The notes under the pieces were generated by a model that worked only from the letters and a program-made list of their open reading frames with translations, had not been told where the DNA came from and searched no databases. The position numbers were made by a program, and so were the translations under genes. Positions 56,854 to 64,000 of a DNA stretch of 64,000 bases are shown in pieces; positions within the stretch are counted from its first letter, which is position 1; the number at the start of each line of letters is the position of its first letter. The stretch is from Desulfovibrio desulfuricans (GTDB lineage Bacteria > Desulfobacterota > Desulfovibrionia > Desulfovibrionales > Desulfovibrionaceae): assembly GCF_024460775.1 (NCBI RefSeq), contig NZ_JANFYZ010000002.1, positions 30,954-94,953 of the forward strand. The letters are read 5' to 3'.

Positions 56854-59800
56854 TGAAGCTATCGGATTTTTCCTTTGCCGCTCCTGCAAAAAATTCTGCA
56901 AGGCCTGAATCTGCCGGTATTTCAGGTTCTGGCCCGCAGACAGCGGGCACCACGCAGGCAGAGCAGGACTTTGTCAGCCTTGAGCACCTGTTCCGCAGCA
57001 TTGCCGACGCAAGGCCAGAGGTCCAAGCCCTGACCGGGGGCGGCCTGGGGCTGACCTTCAGGGAACTGGACGTTCTTTCGGAGCGTATTGCCCGTTTTAT
57101 CCTTACGCAGGGGTATGGGCACGAGGCTGTGGTGGGCGTGCTGTGTGCGCGCGGCGCGGTGTATCTGGCTGCGGCCCTTGGCGTCATGCGGGCCGGGGCG
57201 GTGTATCTGCCCGTGGAGCGCGAGCAGCCGCAAAGCCGCAAAGAGGCCATGCTGCGGCCCGCAAGCCTGATTATTGCCGACAGCGCCTGCCTGCGCGAGG
57301 CCGAGTATTTTCATTACAGAAATCCCGGCATCCGGCACGTACTCTGCCTTGATGCGCAGGAGTATGACGATGCCGCCGAAAAAGGCACAGGCCTTGTAAG
57401 CACGGAATACTGGGAGCAGGTGGCGCAGGCGGGCAGCGACATGGGCTGGAAGAGCGATTTTGACGCCGCCCCCTGCCCGCAAAGCGAGCTTGCTGCCTTG
57501 GCCGCTGCCGTGCTTGAAAAATGCGGGCTGGCTCGCAAAGCAGAGGCTTACAGTGCAAAGGCATTTGCGGCAGGCCGCAAGGTGCTGGATGTGGGCAGCG
57601 GGTCTGGCTGCGTGGCGCAGGCGCTTGCCGGGGCCGCGCAGGAATATGCGGCCGTGGATCTGGCCCGCAATGAACTCAGCCGCCTTGCCGGTTTTGACGC
57701 TGCCGCCAGGGTGACGCCGTATCGTATGGAGGCGGCGGACATACATTTTCTTGAAGGCCAGACCTTTGACGTGGTGGTCATGAACGGCGTGGTGGAAAAT
57801 TTCCCCGGCTACAATTATCTGCGCAGGGTGCTGAATCACGCCGTACAGATGCTCACGCCAGAAGGTCTGGTTTTTGTGGGTGCTGTGCGCGATCTGGATT
57901 GCCGCAATGATCTGCGGGCAGCCTTGCAGGCCCATGCCCTTGCCACCGGCGATCAAACCGGCCTGCTGCGGCTTGATGCCTCTGCCGAGCTGTTTGTTCC
58001 CCGGCAGTTTTTTATGGAGTGGGCGGCGCGCTGCCCTGTGCCGGTGGAAGTGACGTTCTCCCCCTGCGGTCTGGGGCAAAACTCTAGCCAGAGCGCGGGG
58101 CAGACCTGCCCGGAGAGCGAAAGCCAGCATGGAGTGCAGGCCTTCCGCTATGATGTGGTCATCCGCCCCGGCGGCAGCCGTCCTCAGGTTCCGGTTTCGC
58201 TCTCGCGTTTTGGCGCGCAGCATCTGCCGCCTGCGGGCGGGCAAGCCCTGCCCCCATGCGATCCCGCCCAGGCTGCCTATATCGTCTATACCAGCGGTTC
58301 AACGGGCACTCCCAAGGGGGTGGTGGTAGAGCACCGCAACCTCATGCACATTTTGCGCGCCCTGCGGCCCTATGCGGCGGGCTGCGAGAGGGTGGGGCTG
58401 GTTGCGCCCCTGTCGTTTGACGCTTCTGTGCAGCAGTTGGCCGTGTCTGTCTTCAGCGGCAAAAGCCTGCATGTGCTGTCAGACGAAGAACGCAAGAACC
58501 CCTCGCTTTTTTGCGCCTGCGCGCGTGAGCGCGGGCTTGACCTGTGCGACATGACACCCGCGTTTTTCAACGTGCTTACAGACTGGCTTGCCGGGCAGCG
58601 CCAGCCGTTGCCGCTCAAGGCGTTGCTGCTGGCGGGCGAGGTGCTGCGGCCCGATGTTATCCGCAAATTTTACGCCATCCCCGGCAACGAGGGCGTGGTG
58701 CTGTTCAATGTGTACGGCCCCACGGAATGCACGGTGGACAGCAGCGCCTTTCGCATAGATGTGGGCAACCATCAGGATTTTACCGCCTATCCCATTGGCA
58801 GGCCTCTTGAAGGCGTGCGCATCTGCGCGATGGACAAAAATTGTCAGGAGTTGCCCGATTCCGTCACTGGCGAACTGTGGATTTTTGGCGATGGCGTGTC
58901 GCGCGGCTACCTGAACAACGCCAGCCCCGGTGCGTTTGTGGAAAAAAACGGCCAGCCCTGCTATCGCACGGGTGACAACGGTTATGTGCAAAATGGCCTT
59001 GTTTTTTACCGTGGACGCGAAGACCAGCAGGTGAAGATACGCGGCAACCGGGTGGAGCTTGGCGAGGTGGAAAAAGCCGTTGCGGGTTTTCCCGGCGTGC
59101 GTCAGGTGGCGGTGGTGGCGGATACATTTCGCGCCGGGGAGGAAAAGACCCTTGCGGCCTATGTGGTGGGCACTATCGATATGGCCGTGCTGCGCGGGTA
59201 TCTTGAGCAACACCTGCCGCCGTACTGCGTGCCCGCTTATTTTGTCCCCATGATGGAACTGCCGTTTTCGCTCAACCGCAAGATAGACAAAAAGGCTCTG
59301 CCGTCACCCCTGGGCGGGGTGGAAATTCAGCGTGGGCGCATGCCTGCCGGGCCTGTGGAAGAAAAACTGGCCGAGATATGGAAGCGCCTGCTGGGCGTTG
59401 ATATTACCGATGCCGATGCTGGTTTCTTCAGTCTGGGAGGTCACAGCATTCTTTCCATCAGGCTTATTGCCATGATTGAAAAGGAAATGGGCGTGCATGT
59501 GGCTGTGAACGAGCTGGTCACGCATTCAAGCATCGCGCAGCTTGCGGCCCTGCTGGCCGGAAAGACCGAAAAGCGCGAAAGCCCTGTTATCCAACTGCAA
59601 CACTGCGAGGGCGGCAAGAACCTTGTGCTGTTTCACCCTGTTGGCGGCAGCGTGTTCTGCTACAGCGACCTCGCGCGCCTGCTTGGCGGCAAATATACGG
59701 TCTACGCTGTTGAGGCGGCGGGATTCAGTCAGCGCCGCACATCGCTTACCACAGAGCTGCACACGGTTGAAAGTCTGTCGGAGTATTATCTGGACGAAAT

Positions 59801-60401
59801 GCTCAAGGTCGAGAGCCGGGATATCATCTGGGGCGGCTGGAGTTTCGGCGGCCTGCTGGCCTATGAATGCTCCCGGCGGTATGCGGCGATGGGCAACCGC
59901 AGCGAGCCTGTCATCATTCTCGATACCGTGGCCGACAATACCCGCGCAAAACAGATGGCGGCCAAGGATGACATCGAACTCTTGCAGCTCATTTTGCAGC
60001 AAGGTATGGCCTTTGACCCCGTAAAGCTGCGCGCCATGCCGCGTGAGCAGCAACTGGGCTATCTTGTGGAGTGCGGGGAGAAAAGCGGATTGTTGCCTGC
60101 CGGGTTCAGCGCCGTGCAGATGGACAACCTGCTGCTGACCTATCGCGGCAATACCCTGGCGGCTGCACGCTATGAGCGGCCAAGCCCTTCCGACTGCAAT
60201 CTGTTGCTGGTGCGCGCGCTGGATTTTGCAAGCAACCCGCAGATAATAATGAATGACGACTATCAGGGTTGGGGCCGCTTTTTGAAAAAGGAAAACATCT
60301 CGCTGCGCTGGACGCAAGGCACCCATGAAACCATGCTTTCTGCTGGCCTTGCCGCAAATGTGGCCCAGCTCATACTGGAATATCTTGAATGTGAAAAATA
60401 G
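56850..60401 (+). CDS. NRPS termination module: adenylation domain interrupted by a SAM-dependent methyltransferase (between A2 and A3), T domain, thioesterase (TE)
   Basis: ATG overlaps the stop of the upstream megasynthase (ATGATGA). A1 LTFRELD, A2 MRAGAVYLPVE, MT motif I VLDVGSGSGCVAQAL, A3 AYIVYTSGSTGTPKGV, A8 GREDQQVKIRGNRVELGEVE, A10 NRKIDKKAL, T FFSLGGHSILSIRL, TE GWSFGG (GxSxG). Confidence 0.9.
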   Translation: MMKLSDFSFAAPAKNSARPESAGISGSGPQTAGTTQAEQDFVSLEHLFRSIADARPEVQALTGGGLGLTFRELDVLSERIARFILTQGYGHEAVVGVLCARGAVYLAAALGVMRAGAVYLPVEREQPQSRKEAMLRPASLIIADSACLREAEYFHYRNPGIRHVLCLDAQEYDDAAEKGTGLVSTEYWEQVAQAGSDMGWKSDFDAAPCPQSELAALAAAVLEKCGLARKAEAYSAKAFAAGRKVLDVGSGSGCVAQALAGAAQEYAAVDLARNELSRLAGFDAAARVTPYRMEAADIHFLEGQTFDVVVMNGVVENFPGYNYLRRVLNHAVQMLTPEGLVFVGAVRDLDCRNDLRAALQAHALATGDQTGLLRLDASAELFVPRQFFMEWAARCPVPVEVTFSPCGLGQNSSQSAGQTCPESESQHGVQAFRYDVVIRPGGSRPQVPVSLSRFGAQHLPPAGGQALPPCDPAQAAYIVYTSGSTGTPKGVVVEHRNLMHILRALRPYAAGCERVGLVAPLSFDASVQQLAVSVFSGKSLHVLSDEERKNPSLFCACARERGLDLCDMTPAFFNVLTDWLAGQRQPLPLKALLLAGEVLRPDVIRKFYAIPGNEGVVLFNVYGPTECTVDSSAFRIDVGNHQDFTAYPIGRPLEGVRICAMDKNCQELPDSVTGELWIFGDGVSRGYLNNASPGAFVEKNGQPCYRTGDNGYVQNGLVFYRGREDQQVKIRGNRVELGEVEKAVAGFPGVRQVAVVADTFRAGEEKTLAAYVVGTIDMAVLRGYLEQHLPPYCVPAYFVPMMELPFSLNRKIDKKALPSPLGGVEIQRGRMPAGPVEEKLAEIWKRLLGVDITDADAGFFSLGGHSILSIRLIAMIEKEMGVHVAVNELVTHSSIAQLAALLAGKTEKRESPVIQLQHCEGGKNLVLFHPVGGSVFCYSDLARLLGGKYTVYAVEAAGFSQRRTSLTTELHTVESLSEYYLDEMLKVESRDIIWGGWSFGGLLAYECSRRYAAMGNRSEPVIILDTVADNTRAKQMAAKDDIELLQLILQQGMAFDPVKLRAMPREQQLGYLVECGEKSGLLPAGFSAVQMDNLLLTYRGNTLAAARYERPSPSDCNLLLVRALDFASNPQIIMNDDYQGWGRFLKKENISLRWTQGTHETMLSAGLAANVAQLILEYLECEK
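57420..58060 (+). other. embedded class I SAM-dependent methyltransferase domain inside the A domain
   Basis: Motif I VLDVGSGSGCV (57583-57612), post-I acidic residue (AAVDLA), motif II-like VVVMNGVVENFP, motif III-like LTPEGLVFVG. Located between A2 (LPVE) and A3 (YTSGSTG). Confidence 0.7.
59340..59560 (+). other. thiolation domain (terminal T)
   Basis: FFSLGGHSILSIRLIAMIEKE. Confidence 0.8.
59600..60398 (+). other. type I thioesterase (TE) release domain
   Basis: LVLFHPVGGSVFCYSDLA and the nucleophile motif GWSFGG. alpha/beta-hydrolase length. Confidence 0.8.
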
Positions 60402-61258
60402 CCTGAAATATTTTCTATAAAAAGTCTAGATATCGTCCTGGAGAATTTCTTAACAATGTTGTAAAACTGTTGTTGGTTAAAAATGAGAGTTGTTTCTATT
60501 TAGAGTAAGTGTGACGCCCGTTTTACAAAGTGCTTTTGCACGTCATTTGTGCCAAGAAATGCTTTTTCTGATTCAGCGAAAGTTTTTTTTTATTTTCCCC
60601 TAAAGTTTTTGCTTGAATTTTATGTTCCGGAATGAAACAGTCGTCCTTACGCTTGCAAGGCTGTTTTTTTCCGGTATTTTTTTTATTTTGTCGCCCTCCA
60701 GGCATGGATGGCGTGCGGCCACGCGCAGAAGTTGCCCCTTGAACTCAAAATGTCTGTTAAGGCAACAGCCTGTCAGGCAAGCAGAATTGTGCTGATGTGT
60801 TTTTTCGCCCCCCTTTTGCTAAGTGCGCATCGGGGACTTGCTTTGCTGGTACATGTGCAGCGTTGAAGTTGTGTCTGTATATATTGGTGCGTAATTGTAA
60901 TTGTTTATTCTTGCACAACAGTATTCATATAATCGTTTTATGTGTGTTGTGGGGTTTGCCTTTTATTTTGCATCAAGGCTCTTATTTTTATTCAGTTCTT
61001 TTGTCTGATTATTGCAGGATATGGCATTAAGGAGTGTGGTCTCGTATTGATACCTTCTTGTTGCCAATAAATAAATATCTACTTTTATATTAAGCTGCGC
61101 CGATTTTAAGGTTCATTTGGTATTAGTTATTAAAGATTACAGGCTATTGTCTTTGTTCCGGGTTTTCGTATATGAGAGGCTTTGAGTTCAGGCATCTGCC
61201 TGGGCAAGTTGTGTTACCGTGCGCAGGGGCAGTGCAAACCCTAGCTCAGGATTTTGCC

Positions 61259-62164
61259 ATGCAATCTCAAAAAGAGTCCAGGCTGTTTTTGCAAAAGCTT
61301 TTGCAAAATCCGCCGACGCTTCCGTTTGAACCCAAGCTGCTTCCCCTGCTGTTTGCGGTTACCCAGGAAGGCTCCAATGCCTCGGTGCGCTCGGTCGTTG
61401 CACTGATTGAAAAAAGCCCACGGCTCGCAACACGTGTGCTCACAGTGGCCAATTCGGCTGCATATGGGCTTGAATTCAAGGTTTCTACCCTGCAAAGAGC
61501 CATCAGCATCATGGGCCTGCGCGAAGTGCGCCTGCTTGTGCTCATGGTGGGCATGTCGTCGTTTATACGCGAGGCCCAGCTTCCCAAGAGTTTTGATACT
61601 GCTGCATTCTGGAAACACCTGCTTTTTGTGGCAACCATTGCCCGAACCCTGGCGGATGTGCTTGGCGGAGATAACGGCGTATGCGGAGCCTCTGCCTGCG
61701 CTGGCGAGCGCCTGGTTATGGTGCCGGACGAGGCATATATAGCTGGCTTGCTGCACGATGTGGGCAAGATTTTTTTTGCTGCCGCACGCCCAGACCTCTG
61801 GGAAAAGACGGCAGAAATGGAACAGGCCGAAAATTGCGGCAGTTCCGAGGCTGAAACCGCGCAGCTTGGCATGGACCACGGGCTTATTGGGGCGGCAGTG
61901 ATGCACCAGTGGAAGCTGCCTCTGGTGCTTACCGAACCCATAAACCTGCACCACTCGCCCGAGCTTGCCACAACGTACAAAATGGAGGCGCGCCTGCTTG
62001 CTGCGGCCAACGCCCTGGCGCATTGCAGCCACGATGCGCTCATACTGAGGAGCAAGGCGGGCGAACACCTGCCCGAGGGGTGTGATCTTGATGCCGTGAG
62101 CGCGGCTGTGCTTGAAAGTATGGTCAGAATACAGGAAACCGGTTTTGCTGAGCTTGATGCATAG
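61259..62164 (+). CDS. HDOD-domain signalling protein (start uncertain; ORF opens at 61172)
   Basis: HDOD hallmarks: LP.LP..FAVTQEGSNASVRSVVALIEKSPRLATRVLTVANSAAYG, ISIMGLREVRLLV, and a HD-like LLHDVGKIFF. Confidence 0.75.
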   Translation: MQSQKESRLFLQKLLQNPPTLPFEPKLLPLLFAVTQEGSNASVRSVVALIEKSPRLATRVLTVANSAAYGLEFKVSTLQRAISIMGLREVRLLVLMVGMSSFIREAQLPKSFDTAAFWKHLLFVATIARTLADVLGGDNGVCGASACAGERLVMVPDEAYIAGLLHDVGKIFFAAARPDLWEKTAEMEQAENCGSSEAETAQLGMDHGLIGAAVMHQWKLPLVLTEPINLHHSPELATTYKMEARLLAAANALAHCSHDALILRSKAGEHLPEGCDLDAVSAAVLESMVRIQETGFAELDA

Positions 62165-62234
62165 CCCGTGCGTGGGCCTGATGCCGCATCTGTTTTTTTC
62201 AACTTTTCTTGAGGCTCACACTTGAGGCGCGCAC

Positions 62235-63893
62235 ATGGATATTGAAACCGGCCTTGATAATCTGCTGCGCGGGCAATTCGACGCTGCGCTGGCTGAATTT
62301 GAAGGCTGCGGGCAGCAGCCCACAGCAGAGAAACTGTGCGAGCTCACGCGGGCCTGCGCTGATCTTTCTGCCTACGCAGCAGCACTGGCAGAGGGGGATC
62401 TGTCTGTCCGCCCGCCCAAATCCTGCCGTCACTTTTCCATGCACCTTGAAAGCCTGCACGCCAAGCTCAAGCGTCTGGCGCGGCAACTGCTCATATTCAG
62501 CGCGGGGTACCCCATGCCTGCGGTTGACGATATGGGTGACCTCTCTGACGGACTGACCTTTCTTATCAATCAGGCGCAGACCTGCAAAAAGCAGGTCGAG
62601 CACGACCAGAATCACGATGTGGAAACCGGCCTCATGAACCGCCGGGCCTTTGTTCGCGGCGTGCGCGAAGCCTTGCAGATGCAGCCCGGCAAATTTGGCG
62701 TGCTGCTTTCGTGCGGTCTGGATAATCTCAAGTACGTAAATGAGTCGCATGGATACGATGGGGGCGATCTGTACATAAGCAAGGTGGTCGAAGCCTTGCA
62801 GATGTGCGAAAATGACGCAGTGTTGCTGGCTCGCACGGCAGGCAGCGAATTTGCAGTGTTTGCCCACGGTTTTGATAATGAAGAAAGCGCCTTGCGCTTT
62901 GCGCAGGATAACCGCAAGACCCTGCTGAACACCACCATTGAACTGCCCAACGAGATAGTGCGTATACGCGCCTCGCTCGGGGTGGCCGTGTATCCCAGCG
63001 ATGCCATGACCGGCGATGTGCTCATGAATTACGCCAGCCACGCCATGTTTGAAGTGCAGAACTTCAATCGCGGCACGCTCATGCGGTTCAATCCTGAAGT
63101 TTACCGGGCCAAGGCCAATATCCTGAGCCGGCAGGAACGCCTGGACGAATTGCTTGAAGGCCAGTTGATCCGCTTTGCCTTTCAGCCCATCGTGAGCCTG
63201 AAAGATGGCGCCATTTATGGCTATGAGGCGCTCATGCGCTCCACAACGCCGCATTTTGCCTCGCCGCTTGATGTGCTGCAACTGGCAGAGGCGCAGTCAA
63301 AACTGCCCCAGCTGGAGTATCTGACGTTCAGGATGATTTTTGACTGGATGGGCAAAAACTTCCCTTCGCTCGGCGCCAGAAAGATATTTTTCAACGCCAT
63401 TTCCGCCCAGTATCTGGATGCTCGGGAGCTGCGCACCATGCACCCGCGCTATGAAGACATATGCCGCAACATGGTGTTTGAAATCATAGAAACCGCCAGC
63501 AGCGAGGAGGGCCTTGCCCAAAAGGTGCGCGAGCTGCGCACGGAGCTGGCGGCCTTTATCGCCATTGACGATTTTGGCTGCGCCCATTCAAATGCGCTGC
63601 GGCTTTTGAATATTTCGCCCGAAATTCTCAAGATCGACAGTTTTTTTATCCGCGCCATCCACAAGGCCCCCGCATCCAAGAGGGAATTTCTTTCAAATAT
63701 TCTTGTATATTGCCGTTCAAAGGGCATTCTCACCGTGGCGGAGGGAGTGGAAACCCGCGAGGAACTTGCCAGCGTGGTTGCTCTGGGTTTTGATCTTGCG
63801 CAGGGCTTTTATCTGGCAAGGCCGGAATTTGCCCTGCAAGAGCTTACACAAAGCCAGATTGAAGAAATCACCGCGCTCAGGCGCACAGTTTGA
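62235..63893 (+). CDS. GGDEF (degenerate A-site, AGSEF)-EAL domain protein, c-di-GMP phosphodiesterase-type
   Basis: GGDEF-fold region ETGLMNRRAF...LDNLKYVNESHGYDGGD...ARTAGSEFAVF, with the RxGGDEF motif altered. EAL domain with YEALMR, NAIS, EIIE, DDFGCAHSN and KIDSFFI motifs intact. Confidence 0.8.
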   Translation: MDIETGLDNLLRGQFDAALAEFEGCGQQPTAEKLCELTRACADLSAYAAALAEGDLSVRPPKSCRHFSMHLESLHAKLKRLARQLLIFSAGYPMPAVDDMGDLSDGLTFLINQAQTCKKQVEHDQNHDVETGLMNRRAFVRGVREALQMQPGKFGVLLSCGLDNLKYVNESHGYDGGDLYISKVVEALQMCENDAVLLARTAGSEFAVFAHGFDNEESALRFAQDNRKTLLNTTIELPNEIVRIRASLGVAVYPSDAMTGDVLMNYASHAMFEVQNFNRGTLMRFNPEVYRAKANILSRQERLDELLEGQLIRFAFQPIVSLKDGAIYGYEALMRSTTPHFASPLDVLQLAEAQSKLPQLEYLTFRMIFDWMGKNFPSLGARKIFFNAISAQYLDARELRTMHPRYEDICRNMVFEIIETASSEEGLAQKVRELRTELAAFIAIDDFGCAHSNALRLLNISPEILKIDSFFIRAIHKAPASKREFLSNILVYCRSKGILTVAEGVETREELASVVALGFDLAQGFYLARPEFALQELTQSQIEEITALRRTV

Positions 63894-64000
63894 TTCTGTT
63901 CTTTTCTTTCTCCGCCTCCTTCTTCTCCCCATTCTTCTTTTTCCCCGTTTCCTGCCTGCTCAGCCTGCAAGCTGGCTGCTTCCGTCCGCTCTCATTCCGC

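Noticed and set aside
60523-60795. Two overlapping 60-aa ORFs in the AT-rich island after the NRPS
   Set aside because: They overlap each other on opposite strands, have no RBS, and are generated by A/T-rich low-complexity sequence. The region is treated as regulatory or non-coding.
1-64000. CRISPR arrays, IS elements/transposases, integrases, prophage genes
   Set aside because: No direct-repeat/spacer periodicity, no transposase- or integrase-like translations (DDE, tyrosine recombinase R..H..R..Y motifs) and no phage structural genes were seen in any frame.

Overview
This looks like a high-GC (~60%) Desulfovibrio-like deltaproteobacterial chromosome segment. That call is inferred from composition, gene content and a Sec-containing selD, and cannot be verified here.

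Layout from the 5' end:
- 0-3 kb: flagellar rod/ring genes flgG, flgA and flgH.
- 3.1-3.6 kb: an AT-rich island with three hairpin/T-run terminators and no supportable ORF, possibly sRNA(s).
- 3.9-8 kb: a five-gene CMP-sugar module (HpcH-type pyruvate aldolase, SDR epimerase, KdsB-like cytidylyltransferase, hexapeptide acetyltransferase, HAD phosphatase), plausibly for flagellin or surface glycosylation.
- 8-18 kb: housekeeping and motility genes (lipoprotein, YbjQ, a methyl-accepting chemotaxis protein (MCP), truA, a YlxF-like flagellar protein, fliJ, thiD, cobU).
- 18.2-24.4 kb: the conserved lon-clpX-clpP-tig-tRNA-Leu(TAG) block on the minus strand.
- 24.7-25.7 kb: selD, encoded as a selenoprotein with an in-frame UGA and a SECIS-like hairpin. 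The ORF track splits it.
- 25.9-60.4 kb: a large biosynthetic gene cluster (BGC) that is not an ordinary feature for this kind of genome. On the plus strand it has a 5606-aa hybrid NRPS / AT-less (trans-AT type) PKS megasynthase (C-starter-A-T | C-T-E | C-T | C-A-T | KS-DH-KR-ACP | C) and a translationally coupled 1183-aa NRPS with an MT-interrupted A domain, T and TE. Divergently transcribed on the minus strand are a KamA-family 2,3-aminomutase, a type II thioesterase, an Sfp-type PPTase, a cyclic-peptide-type ABC exporter, two PF04392-type substrate-binding proteins, a DUF697 protein, a secreted Cys-rich small protein, an SPFH protein, a tiny membrane protein, and an MFS transporter with a long N-terminal extracytoplasmic domain. 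A VanX-like D-Ala-D-Ala dipeptidase and an Fmt-like formyltransferase sit at the upstream edge.
- 60.4-63.9 kb: an AT-rich 770-bp island, then an HDOD protein and a GGDEF(degenerate)-EAL protein.

No CRISPR array, IS element or prophage was seen. Many long antisense ORFs in the track are high-GC artefacts.
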